Of a DNA stretch of 30,232 nt, positions 15,882 to 24,742 are shown piece by piece (position 1 is the first letter of the stretch; each line of letters opens with the position of its first letter). The stretch covers positions 1-30,232 of the IMG/VR virus record IMGVR_UViG_3300044723_005011, one strand, 5' to 3'. The notes below the pieces were generated by a model. That model saw nothing but the letters and a program-made list of their open reading frames with translations. It was not told the DNA's origin and ran no database searches. This DNA comes from a virus (lineage: Duplodnaviria > Caudoviricetes). A program made the translations under genes and the position numbers.

Positions 15882-18137
15882 ATGGCTAAACCAGTATGGA
15901 CAACAACAGCAGGTAGTTTAGGTACAATCCAAGAACGAATTACTCTCGATGTAGCACTTCAAGCAGTTGATGCTGATACTTTTTCCTTAATAAGTGGTTC
16001 ATTACCAAAAGGATTGAGACTTGAAGGAAACAAGATTGTAGGAACTCCGTTAGAAGTTTCTGAAACTACACTGCACGAATTTGTTATTAGAGCATCTAAT
16101 GACGAAGGTTCTATTGATAGAACATTTTCATATACAGTAGAAGGCGAAGATCCGCCGCTTTGGATTACTCCTGAAGGCACACTTCCGATTGGGCCACAAG
16201 GTGAATATTTTATTATCAATAGGTCACCTATTGATTTTCAATTAAGTGCTACTGACCCTGATATAACAGCAGGCGAAAAATTAATTTATTATTTCGACGA
16301 TCTGTTTGGCGAATTACCTCCGGGTGTGAGAATGGATGAAAACGGTAGACTTACTGGGGTTGTTTCTGCAGATTTGACTGTTGATTACAAAAGTGCAAGT
16401 AATGCATACGATTTACAATTTTACGATTTGTATCCATATGATTACGGAAGTAATGCATCGGGAGATACTGCTATTCCTAGACACCTTGCTAGATACTATG
16501 AATTTAGAGTAACGGTGTCCGATGGCGTAACTCGAGAAACTAGAAAATTTAAAATTCTTGTTGCAAATGAAGAACAATTTAGGACAGATACAACACTTAT
16601 AAGTGCGGACACAGAAACTTATATTAGTTCAGCAACATATTTAAGAGCACCAATTTTTACAACAACTGGTAATCTTGGAATAAAACGTGCAAACAATTAT
16701 ATTACAATACCACTAGAAGTTTATGATCCAAACCAATTCAGTGGCACTGTATCATATAGCCTTATAGAAAATGAAGATAGTTCACAAAGTATTTTACCAA
16801 GAGGAATGCAACTAGATACAACCAACGGTGTGCTTTTTGGTAAAGTACCTTATCAGCCTGCTGTAACAGAAACTTACACATTTACTGTAAGAGTGACTAG
16901 AGATGATAATTTTTCTAATGAAACTGTTTATCAAGATAGACAATTTATACTAAAAATACAAGGAGAAGTCGATAGCACAATTAGGTTTACCTCACCAACT
17001 TTGTTAGGCACACTTGTACCTAATGAACAAAGTGTTTTACAAATCAATGCTACTACTACTTTGCCTAACGCAAGCATAAGATATTCACTATTAAGTGGTA
17101 GTCTTCCTCCAGGTCTTCAACTAGGAAGCAGTGGAGAAATAATTGGAAAAATTAATCAGTTTGAAAGTGCAACAGGTCTTAAAGACGGACTAACAACTAT
17201 TGACCTTTCACAATTTGGATTGAACAGTTTTAGTTTAGATGCTGGAACGACAACAATTGATAGAATTTATAGATTTACAATAGGTGCGAGAGATTTTTAT
17301 CAATTAAGTGCTGTAGAAAAAACTTTTCAAATTGCTGTAACAGCAGACACTATCACACAATATTCTAATATATACTTACAGCCGTTTTTACCTAAAGTAA
17401 AAAGACAATACTTTTACGACTTTATAACAGATACTAAAATCTTTCCAGAAAAATCACTGTATCGTGCTAACGATCCTAACTTTGGTACACAACCACAAAT
17501 TAAAATGTTACTACAACATGGTATAGAAACTTTGGCTATTGAAAAATATGTTCCTGCACTTGCTACAAACTTCCATACTAAAACTTTTAGATTTGGAGAC
17601 ATTAAGATAGCAGATGCTAGTGATGCTGATGATAATGTAATATATGAAGTGATTTATGTAGAACTAGTTGATGAAGCAGAAGGACTTAAAGGTTCAGTAT
17701 CACAAAAAATTCCGTTTGGGACAGGAAATAAACCAATTACAATCGATACAAACAAATTTAAAGTAAGTACAAATTTAATTACTATCGACCAACTAGCATA
17801 CAGATTTTTATATCCAAATAGTGTAACAAACATGCAAGAAAAGTTATTAAGTTTATATCCAGAGAACGATAGTACACAGATTTCAATCAATGAAAAGTTC
17901 TTACCTTTGTGGATGAGTACTTCACAAAAAAGTACAGGATTGGCACTAGGTTATACAAAAGCAGTCGCGATTGCATATGTTATGCCAGGTCAAGGAATAA
18001 GTATATTAGAGAATATACAAGAAAGTGGCTTTGATTTCAAGAATATTGAATTTGAAGTTGATAGATTAACAATAGACTCTGTAGAGGGTCAAACAGGTGA
18101 TAAATACATTGCATTTCCAAAAAGGAAGGTGATATAA
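15882..18137 (+). CDS. Virion structural protein with putative Ig (He_PIG-like) repeats, possible baseplate component
   Basis: Four LPxGxxL-type repeats (GSLPKGLRL, ELPPGVRM, ILPRGMQL, GSLPPGLQL) with FxIxA strands; located in the structural block. Confidence 0.7.
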   Translation: MAKPVWTTTAGSLGTIQERITLDVALQAVDADTFSLISGSLPKGLRLEGNKIVGTPLEVSETTLHEFVIRASNDEGSIDRTFSYTVEGEDPPLWITPEGTLPIGPQGEYFIINRSPIDFQLSATDPDITAGEKLIYYFDDLFGELPPGVRMDENGRLTGVVSADLTVDYKSASNAYDLQFYDLYPYDYGSNASGDTAIPRHLARYYEFRVTVSDGVTRETRKFKILVANEEQFRTDTTLISADTETYISSATYLRAPIFTTTGNLGIKRANNYITIPLEVYDPNQFSGTVSYSLIENEDSSQSILPRGMQLDTTNGVLFGKVPYQPAVTETYTFTVRVTRDDNFSNETVYQDRQFILKIQGEVDSTIRFTSPTLLGTLVPNEQSVLQINATTTLPNASIRYSLLSGSLPPGLQLGSSGEIIGKINQFESATGLKDGLTTIDLSQFGLNSFSLDAGTTTIDRIYRFTIGARDFYQLSAVEKTFQIAVTADTITQYSNIYLQPFLPKVKRQYFYDFITDTKIFPEKSLYRANDPNFGTQPQIKMLLQHGIETLAIEKYVPALATNFHTKTFRFGDIKIADASDADDNVIYEVIYVELVDEAEGLKGSVSQKIPFGTGNKPITIDTNKFKVSTNLITIDQLAYRFLYPNSVTNMQEKLLSLYPENDSTQISINEKFLPLWMSTSQKSTGLALGYTKAVAIAYVMPGQGISILENIQESGFDFKNIEFEVDRLTIDSVEGQTGDKYIAFPKRKVI
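18101..18106 (+). promoter_or_regulatory. Possible internal TAAATA box (GDKY codons) for the downstream gene
   Basis: TAAATA 32 nt before ATG 18139, SD-like AGGAAGGTGA between. Confidence 0.35.
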
Positions 18138-18138
18138 T

Positions 18139-18702
18139 ATGGCAAGTAACATTAGTACAACAAATATAGATGACAATTATCCGGTAGCAGGGCAGGATAA
18201 CGATTCTCAAGGATTTAGAGATAATTTCCAAAACATTAAAACGGCCCTGACAACTGCAAAAACAGAAATTACTGGTTTGCAAGATACTAGAGCAAGAGTA
18301 GATCAAAACAACGATTTTACTGATAAAGAGTTATCTAAAGCAATCTTTGTTGATACAGCAATTAAAGCACCAACAACATCAAGTGTTGACGGTGAAACTA
18401 CTATTGATTATCAATCAGGATCATACAAAAGACTATTAATTTCAGGAGAAAATCCAACAGTTAATATTCCGCAAATTATTAACTTTGCACCAAGTGATAG
18501 CATGACACATGTTATCTATGATGTGAGAACAGAAGGATCTACAAAACTTTTTACTATTAATAATCCTAGTGGAAATACAATTAAAGAAGCATCATTAAGT
18601 TTTCCTTTTTCAATTGAAGCAAACAAAAGATATATTTTTGAAGTTTGGTCTCCGGATAGTGGTACTACTTTGTTTGTTAAGTATCTCGGTTTATACGAGT
18701 AA
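18139..18702 (+). CDS. Probable virion structural protein
   Basis: N-terminal YPVAGQDNDSQGFRDNF followed by a short coiled coil; follows the structural genes. Confidence 0.6.
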   Translation: MASNISTTNIDDNYPVAGQDNDSQGFRDNFQNIKTALTTAKTEITGLQDTRARVDQNNDFTDKELSKAIFVDTAIKAPTTSSVDGETTIDYQSGSYKRLLISGENPTVNIPQIINFAPSDSMTHVIYDVRTEGSTKLFTINNPSGNTIKEASLSFPFSIEANKRYIFEVWSPDSGTTLFVKYLGLYE

Positions 18703-18707
18703 AAATT

Positions 18708-18953
18708 ATGTTTAATCCTCTTGTAGAAAACCCTGCTAATCTTTCTACGGACGAACTAGAAAAGAAAGTAATAGAACTTACAAAAAAATATACTACAGCA
18801 ACAAGATTTCCTAATCAGAGTGTGTTGACACAAATTAGTTCTGTACTAACTATGTATAGAGAAGAACTTGTAAAAAGACAAAGACAAGAACTTCAAAACG
18901 CTACTAATAAAGACAACGACAACGATTTAGGATCACTTATTAATGTTGAATAA
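18708..18953 (+). CDS. Hypothetical coiled-coil protein
   Basis: 81-aa helical ORF in tight operon packing. Confidence 0.6.
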   Translation: MFNPLVENPANLSTDELEKKVIELTKKYTTATRFPNQSVLTQISSVLTMYREELVKRQRQELQNATNKDNDNDLGSLINVE

Positions 18954-19566
18954 TGAACAAATAAATTACTTTTCTTGGAGTACTCATTTCGATGCAACTG
19001 TTGTAATCGACAACTGTGTATATCCTAATAGATATAATGTAAATGTAACTTTTTTACCAAAAGTTAAAGAAATAAAAACACAAAATCTTGCATTTGAAAA
19101 AGTCAAATATCTCTTTCATAGACTTTGTGAAAACAGTATTATTTTCAATCCCAAAGACCAAACACAATCTATTTGGTTTAAAATGCCAATAAACAAGTTA
19201 TTGATTCCAGGAAGTCCATATGATCAATTGCTAGGAATAGTTTTACACAGAAAAATTGTTTCAATTGTTGGTGATTTTTTCGAAATCGGAGAATTAACGG
19301 TTGACAGCAAACTAGGTGATAATGTACAATATACAGTAGATGAAGAAAGTATTGAAAATAAACATTTGGATGTTAGCGAATGGATTGATGCATCTATTGA
19401 CACTCCGTGGTGGAACAGAGATGATACATCAACATTTGATCAAAAAATTGATGCTAAAAAATACTGGCAAGGTGCAGTTAGTTGGAAAGATTTAGGTTAT
19501 GATTCAGAAGCAAAAGACGACAAATCATTTAAACCAACAATTATCGACGGTGGCCGAGAAAAATAA
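18943..19566 (+). CDS. Hypothetical protein, possibly degenerate T-fold
   Basis: 207-aa ORF overlapping both neighbours; strand/helix pattern reminiscent of QueD without the catalytic His/Cys. Confidence 0.6.
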   Translation: MLNNEQINYFSWSTHFDATVVIDNCVYPNRYNVNVTFLPKVKEIKTQNLAFEKVKYLFHRLCENSIIFNPKDQTQSIWFKMPINKLLIPGSPYDQLLGIVLHRKIVSIVGDFFEIGELTVDSKLGDNVQYTVDEESIENKHLDVSEWIDASIDTPWWNRDDTSTFDQKIDAKKYWQGAVSWKDLGYDSEAKDDKSFKPTIIDGGREK

Positions 19567-20074
19567 TATTGGCCAATCTATACTAACCGAACGCAATATA
19601 ATAGAATTAATTTATCAAAACAAAACACACAATATAAAAAATTGTGTTATTTCACAAAACGACTCTATTCAGAAATATAACAATCTTGTTAGTGAAAATA
19701 AAGATCCTATAGAAATTTTCCAAACAATTATCAATGATCAAGACGGGCAAGATTTGTATGATCAAAACAATAGACTAAATTGGTTTATGCCAGCAGAGTA
19801 TAAGCAGTTTGATATTGAAGATTACGTATTGGGTCTTTGTGAAACTCCAGAACAAAAACAACGTGTTGATTATGAATTATCTTTATATAAGTCACATGCT
19901 ATGATGGATGTTTTACAATTTCTTAAATACATGGTGGATACACTACGCAAAAACAACATTGTATGGGGTGTAGGACGTGGGTCTAGTGTAGCCAGTTACG
20001 TACTATATTTGTTAGGAGTACACAAAGTAGATTCTATCAAATATAATTTAGATCCCACGGAATTCATGAGATAA
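19550..20074 (+). CDS. dnaE: Stand-alone fragment of DNA polymerase III alpha (family C)
   Basis: RVDYELSLY...WGVGRGSSVASYVLYLLGVHKVDSIKYNL matches the DnaE GRGS region; ends before PDxDxD; start uncertain (GTG 19550 or ATG 19499). Confidence 0.8.
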   Translation: MAEKNNIGQSILTERNIIELIYQNKTHNIKNCVISQNDSIQKYNNLVSENKDPIEIFQTIINDQDGQDLYDQNNRLNWFMPAEYKQFDIEDYVLGLCETPEQKQRVDYELSLYKSHAMMDVLQFLKYMVDTLRKNNIVWGVGRGSSVASYVLYLLGVHKVDSIKYNLDPTEFMR

Positions 20075-20097
20075 GTACCTATACAAAGGAGATTATT

Positions 20098-20532
20098 ATG
20101 GCAGTAAGAAAACAATATAGAACAATGCAAGGTCGTATTATTGATATGGATAAATTACGTTCTTCCAATGAATTACAACCAGCAATTGGCAATATGAAAG
20201 TAAATGCTAGAGGCGACGAAATTGGCACTGGTGGTAAAATTTTGCGTACACGTGAACAAATTATGGCACAGTACTATGAAAATAATCCAAACGCGGCACC
20301 GGATCCTGATAACGTAAGGATTGCTGAAGATGCTAAACAAGCCGCATCGGTCCCGCCAATGGAAACACTGAAGGTTGAAGATACACCTGTTTCCGAAGTT
20401 GTAACAGAAAAAGAACCTGAAGTGAAGAAAGAAGAAGTAACTCAAGAAGAAAAAGTATTAGACACTGCAACCGAGGCTGTGCAAAGAGCCCGTAGAAGAC
20501 GCAGTGGTATTAAAGACGCTACAGGAGAATAG
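20098..20532 (+). CDS. Hypothetical protein with acidic low-complexity middle
   Basis: Strong SD AAGGAG; TAAGTA box at 20072-20077; directly upstream of groES. Confidence 0.7.
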   Translation: MAVRKQYRTMQGRIIDMDKLRSSNELQPAIGNMKVNARGDEIGTGGKILRTREQIMAQYYENNPNAAPDPDNVRIAEDAKQAASVPPMETLKVEDTPVSEVVTEKEPEVKKEEVTQEEKVLDTATEAVQRARRRRSGIKDATGE

Positions 20533-20534
20533 TA

Positions 20535-20969
20535 ATGATCGATGCTACAAAAATGATGGGCGGACCTACAGGTTTAAAAACAAGAATAAAAGGTAGTATT
20601 CGTCCTATTCATGATGACGTACTTGCATATAATATGCATTTTGGTGAACAAAAAACCAAAGGCGGAATTATTATTAGCAACGATGACGGTCAGACACGTG
20701 GCATTTATCCTAGATGGTGTCAGGTGTATGCTAAAGGGCATGAAAATAAAGACGAGTACAATGTAGGTGATTGGATTTTAGTAGCACACGGTCGTTGGAG
20801 TCGAGGTTTTATAGTTGAGCAAGATGACGGGACCGAGATTGAAGTAAGAAAAATAGACATTAAAGAAATACTTGCTGTATCAGATGAAAAACCTAATGAT
20901 GTATATATTGGTGAAGAAATTGATACAACACCGGATAAAGCAAAGGCAGAAGATTTTGGGGCAAGATAA
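20535..20969 (+). CDS. groES: Co-chaperonin GroES/Cpn10 family
   Basis: IRPIHDDVL, EQKTKGGIII, VGDWIL, KEILAV; SD AGGAG. Confidence 0.8.
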   Translation: MIDATKMMGGPTGLKTRIKGSIRPIHDDVLAYNMHFGEQKTKGGIIISNDDGQTRGIYPRWCQVYAKGHENKDEYNVGDWILVAHGRWSRGFIVEQDDGTEIEVRKIDIKEILAVSDEKPNDVYIGEEIDTTPDKAKAEDFGAR

Positions 20970-20990
20970 AACACAAACAAAGGGGAAAAA

Positions 20991-21206
20991 ATGTTCACGG
21001 CAGTACTAGTGACAATGTTAGGCATGTTTGCCTATGATAATGCAGAATTTTTTGCAGAAGTCAAAAAGAACAATGAAAAAGGCTACACATGGGAATATGT
21101 AGGAAGGCAACAAGCAAATGATTACAAATATTCTTTACCTATCGTAATTGAAGAAACTGGGGAAAGAATCATTTATTGGGAACATCAAGAGCCAAAGGAG
21201 AAGTAA
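20991..21206 (+). CDS. Small hypothetical protein with N-terminal hydrophobic segment
   Basis: AGGGG SD; MFTAVLVTMLGMFAY. Confidence 0.6.
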   Translation: MFTAVLVTMLGMFAYDNAEFFAEVKKNNEKGYTWEYVGRQQANDYKYSLPIVIEETGERIIYWEHQEPKEK

Positions 21207-21620
21207 TTGGCACAAGTAGACTTAAACAAATACAAAGACTTTGTAGAACAAGTAACATCAAAAGAAAGCAATCAATTGAGTGAAATGTTTTATAGGGCAA
21301 AAGACATCGAAGTCAATAACCCTAATATAAACACAGCACTATTAATGACCGGTGCAATTGGTATTGCATCAGAAGGAGGAGAGTTTAGTGAAATTGTTAA
21401 AAAATGTATCTTCCAAGGTAAACCTATGGATGACGAAACTGTCTTTCATTGCAAACGAGAACTTGGCGATATTATGTGGTATTGGATTAATAGTTGCCGG
21501 GCATTGGGTCTCGATCCTAATGAAGTCGTAGCAGAAAATGTAAACAAACTTAAAGCAAGATATCCAGGCGGAGAGTTTGACGTACACTATTCCGAAAACA
21601 GAAAAGACGGAGACTTGTAA
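21207..21620 (+). CDS. mazG: MazG-like NTP pyrophosphohydrolase
   Basis: GIASEGGEFSEIVKK, ELGDIMWY, NVNKLKARYP; TTG start with AAGGAG upstream. Confidence 0.85.
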   Translation: MAQVDLNKYKDFVEQVTSKESNQLSEMFYRAKDIEVNNPNINTALLMTGAIGIASEGGEFSEIVKKCIFQGKPMDDETVFHCKRELGDIMWYWINSCRALGLDPNEVVAENVNKLKARYPGGEFDVHYSENRKDGDL

Positions 21621-22193
21621 TTGAAAAAAATTCTAGTAGATGTAGACGGTGTGCTACTAGACTGGGAACCAGCGTTTGATGCATGGATGGCCGAACGTGG
21701 ATTCCGTATTAAAAAGCCAGGTGTGTATAATCAATATGTGCGTTATGGCTTTCAGCGTAAAAAACAGTGTGATGAACTAGTTAAACAATTTAACGAAAGT
21801 GCATGGATGGGATTTTTAAAACCTCTCCGTGACAGTGTTGAATATGTTCAAAAACTTAAAGCAGAAGGTTATCACTTTGAAGCCATTACTAGTTTAAGTA
21901 CAGATCATTGGGCAGGCGAATTACGTACAATGAATTTAGAAAGATTCTTTGGACGTGGAACATTCTTTCGTGTGCAGTGTTTAGCAACAGGCGCAGACAA
22001 GGACGAAGCACTTAAAGAATATGAACCCGGACATTGGTGGATAGAAGATAAACCAGCAAATGCAGAATCGGGACTAAATTGTGGTCACCGTTGTATATTA
22101 GTATCACACAATTGGAATCAAGATTACAAAAATCCAAATATTAAACGTGCAGACAATTGGCAAGAGATCTATAATATTATTACCCAATCATAG
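21621..22193 (+). CDS. HAD-family 5'(3')-deoxyribonucleotidase-like phosphatase
   Basis: LVDVDGVLLDW, AITS, K, WIEDKPAN, HNWN motifs. Confidence 0.8.
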   Translation: MKKILVDVDGVLLDWEPAFDAWMAERGFRIKKPGVYNQYVRYGFQRKKQCDELVKQFNESAWMGFLKPLRDSVEYVQKLKAEGYHFEAITSLSTDHWAGELRTMNLERFFGRGTFFRVQCLATGADKDEALKEYEPGHWWIEDKPANAESGLNCGHRCILVSHNWNQDYKNPNIKRADNWQEIYNIITQS

Positions 22194-22213
22194 GAATAAT
22201 AAATATCTTTGTA

Positions 22214-22381
22214 ATGCCAAAAAATGATTATTATACACAACGTGATTGGGACCGTGTTATAGGATATGGATATGTACCGAAAGAATATCAATATCCGCAT
22301 TTACGCAATACAAACGAATATAGAAGTCCTGAAACGGTAAAACACTCAAATAAAATACTTGACAACGAAGACAAAGAATAG
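22214..22381 (+). CDS. Small hypothetical protein (55 aa, MPKNDYYTQRDWDRVIGYGYVPKEYQ...), below the ORF-track cutoff
   Basis: Fills the apparent 200-nt gap; TAAATA at 22200-22205, 8 nt upstream; TAG 22379-22381. Confidence 0.6.
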   Translation: MPKNDYYTQRDWDRVIGYGYVPKEYQYPHLRNTNEYRSPETVKHSNKILDNEDKE

Positions 22382-22387
22382 TATTAT
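22359..22387 (+). promoter_or_regulatory. Sigma70-type promoter, ATG 6 nt after the -10 box
   Basis: TTGACA(22359-22364)-N17-TATTAT(22382-22387); ATG 22394 has no SD. Confidence 0.65.
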
Positions 22388-22393
22388 AATACT

Positions 22394-22645
22394 ATGACTG
22401 AATTTCGTGTTGGTATATTCACGCTAATAAAGCGGCTCGTTGGTCATTCCAGTTTGGCTAGAGCAATTATCTACACAATCGGCCATATTATAATAGCAAT
22501 GACCTGTAACAGATTAATTACGGGTGCAGAACTAGAACTGGCGGCAGTTGATGCTGTTATTGAACCAATAATTAATGGTGGTTGGTTCTATTTGTTAGAT
22601 AAAGTTTATACAGGCTCGATGAATGATAAAAGGAATAACCTTTAG
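22394..22645 (+). CDS. Small membrane protein, DUF2061-like
   Basis: SLARAIIYTIGHIIIA...ITG...EPIINGGWFYLLDKVY pattern. Confidence 0.55.
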   Translation: MTEFRVGIFTLIKRLVGHSSLARAIIYTIGHIIIAMTCNRLITGAELELAAVDAVIEPIINGGWFYLLDKVYTGSMNDKRNNL

Positions 22646-23033
22646 TAGTTTTGATCTTTTCCATAGTGGACACGTTGCTATGCTTAAAGAAGCACGATCA
22701 AATTGCGATTACCTAGTAGTAGGACTCCAAACAGATCCAACTATAGACAGACCCGAAAAGAATAAACCAATCCAAAGTGTGTTTGAAAGATATGTTCAGT
22801 TAGAAGGTTGCAAATACATTGATGAAATTATTCCTTACGAAACCGAAAAAGATCTAATTGATATACTGCTAACATATGATATTAATAAAAGATTTATTGG
22901 TGAAGAATATCGTCAAAACGACTTCACAGGCAAGCAACTATGTGTTGACAAAGGCATAGAAATATACTATAATAAAAGACAACATTCATTTAGTACAAGT
23001 GGATTACGAAAAAGGATAGAACAAAATGGCTAA
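22623..23033 (+). CDS. tagD: Glycerol-3-phosphate cytidylyltransferase-like (TagD family)
   Basis: FDLFHSGH (HxGH), LVVGLQTD, RQHSFSTSGLR. Confidence 0.85.
   Translation: MIKGITFSSFDLFHSGHVAMLKEARSNCDYLVVGLQTDPTIDRPEKNKPIQSVFERYVQLEGCKYIDEIIPYETEKDLIDILLTYDINKRFIGEEYRQNDFTGKQLCVDKGIEIYYNKRQHSFSTSGLRKRIEQNG
22945..22973 (+). promoter_or_regulatory. Perfect-consensus sigma70 promoter inside tagD, upstream of the clamp loader
   Basis: TTGACA(22945-22950)-N17-TATAAT(22968-22973). Confidence 0.8.
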
Positions 23034-23955
23034 AGAACTATGGGTAGAAAAATATCGTCCTAAAGAAGTAAAGGATTATGTTTTTAGAGATCAAGCACAA
23101 CGAGATCAAGTAAACGGTTGGGTTAAAGATAAAAGTATTCCACACTTGCTTTTTAGTGGTCATGCTGGTATTGGTAAGACAACACTAGCAAAAGTATTGC
23201 TAAATGAACTTGAAGTTAATGAATATGACGTATTAGAGATTAACGCATCGCGAACAAACAGCGTAGAAGATGTTCGTGATAAGATTGTAAACTTTGTGCA
23301 AATGATTCCATTTGGAGACTTCAAAGTTGTGTTACTTGATGAGGCAGATTATCTATCACCAAACGCACAAGCCGCACTACGTGGTGTAATGGAGGAATAT
23401 CATACTACAAGCAGATTTATTTTAACCTGTAACTATCCTAACAGAATTATTCCTGCTATTCATAGTAGATGTCAAGGCTTTCATATTACAAACGTAGATC
23501 AAACAGAATTCACAGCACGTATTGCAACTATCTTGTTGGAAGAAGGTGTTGAACCTGATCTAGATGTACTAGATACATTTGTAAAAGCAACGTATCCGGA
23601 TATGCGTAAGTGTATCAATATGTGTCAGATGAACAGTACTACAGGCAAACTGCTTCCACCACAAAAAGGTGATACAGGTGAAAGTGATTACAAAGTAGAT
23701 ATGGTAGAACTATTTAAAGCAGGCAAAATTACAGAAGCACGTAAACTAATTTGCAGTCAAGCAAGGCCAGAGGAAATGGAAGATATTTTCCGTTGGATGT
23801 ATGACAACTTGGAAGTGTTTACAACAGAAGAAGATAAACAGGACCAAGCAATTTTAATAATCAAACAAGGATTAGTAGATCATTCATTTGTTGCTGATCC
23901 AGAAATAAACATGAGTGCTACGTTGGTTAAACTAGCACGACTAACAAAGGAGTAG
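23026..23955 (+). CDS. Sliding-clamp loader AAA+ subunit (T4 gp44/RFC small subunit family)
   Basis: LWVEKYRP, Walker A GHAGIGKTT, EINAS, Walker B LLDEAD, SRC motif. Confidence 0.93.
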   Translation: MAKELWVEKYRPKEVKDYVFRDQAQRDQVNGWVKDKSIPHLLFSGHAGIGKTTLAKVLLNELEVNEYDVLEINASRTNSVEDVRDKIVNFVQMIPFGDFKVVLLDEADYLSPNAQAALRGVMEEYHTTSRFILTCNYPNRIIPAIHSRCQGFHITNVDQTEFTARIATILLEEGVEPDLDVLDTFVKATYPDMRKCINMCQMNSTTGKLLPPQKGDTGESDYKVDMVELFKAGKITEARKLICSQARPEEMEDIFRWMYDNLEVFTTEEDKQDQAILIIKQGLVDHSFVADPEINMSATLVKLARLTKE

Positions 23956-23956
23956 T

Positions 23957-24157
23957 ATGCCATTCGATAATGTAAAGGATATTGTAGACCCAGAAGGTGC
24001 TAGAAGGCGCCAAGAAGAATTAGACCAAATGATAAAAGAATTTTTAGAGAAGGGTGGCAAGATCGAACGCATACCCACAGGCATGACTGGTGAACAATAT
24101 CGTGAGATGAAGGCAGGAACTGCTAAAAAGAAAAAGAAAGCAAAAAGTAAAAAGTGA
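23957..24157 (+). CDS. SutA-like putative RNA polymerase-binding protein
   Basis: ARRRQEELDQMIKEFLEKGGKIERI resembles the SutA core ERDALAKAMEEFLSRGGKVQEI; SD AAGGAG. Confidence 0.55.
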   Translation: MPFDNVKDIVDPEGARRRQEELDQMIKEFLEKGGKIERIPTGMTGEQYREMKAGTAKKKKKAKSKK

Positions 24158-24402
24158 AAATCCGTTACTATCATAATATAGACGGCTGGCGGTGGTTGGG
24201 TTTTATCCTAGCAATGGTTAGTGCATTTTTATTAAGTGGTGGTAACCCTAACATACAGTGGCTAGGATGGAGTGTTGCCCTTGTAAGTTGTAGTATATGG
24301 ATTTACATGGGTGTTAAAGATAAAGATACGCCAAGAGCATTAATGGAATTAATGTATTTGCTTTTAGCAATTAGAGGTGTAGTAAATTGGTTAGGAGGTT
24401 AA
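24154..24402 (+). CDS. Small three-helix membrane protein
   Basis: GTGA overlap with the upstream stop; three hydrophobic segments. Confidence 0.65.
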   Translation: MKIRYYHNIDGWRWLGFILAMVSAFLLSGGNPNIQWLGWSVALVSCSIWIYMGVKDKDTPRALMELMYLLLAIRGVVNWLGG

Positions 24403-24403
24403 T

Positions 24404-24742
24404 ATGGCTCATTTAGTAAACGACAAATGTATAATGTGTAAACATACAACCTGTGTGTCTGTATGTCCTGTAGACTGTTTTTACGAAGGTGAAAACATGT
24501 TAGTAATCAACCCTGATGAATGTATTGACTGCGGAGTTTGTATTCCTGAATGTCCTGAAGAAGCAATTTATCAGACAGACGATGTAAACGACCCGTGGTA
24601 TAAACACAACGAGTATTTTTCAACAACAGGTAATTGGCCTAATATTACGGATGCCAAAGACCCTATGCCCGAGTATGAAAAGTTTAGTATGCAGTCGGAC
24701 AAAACTAAACTCTTCAGTAAATTACCCTATAAGGAAATTTAA
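24404..24742 (+). CDS. fdxA: 7Fe ferredoxin (FdxA type)
   Basis: [18 protein letters not shown] and [18 protein letters not shown]-terminal WPNIT; SD AGGAGG. Confidence 0.9.
   Translation: MAHLVNDKCIMCKHTTCVSVCPVDCFYEGENMLVINPDECIDCGVCIPECPEEAIYQTDDVNDPWYKHNEYFSTTGNWPNITDAKDPMPEYEKFSMQSDKTKLFSKLPYKEI

Noticed and set aside
8390-17890. Many 60-200-aa minus-strand ORFs inside the structural genes (e.g. 8390-8776, 13446-13829, 14415-15011)
   Set aside because: Antisense shadows of Gly/Thr/Asn-rich codon usage; no SD, promoter or recognisable motif
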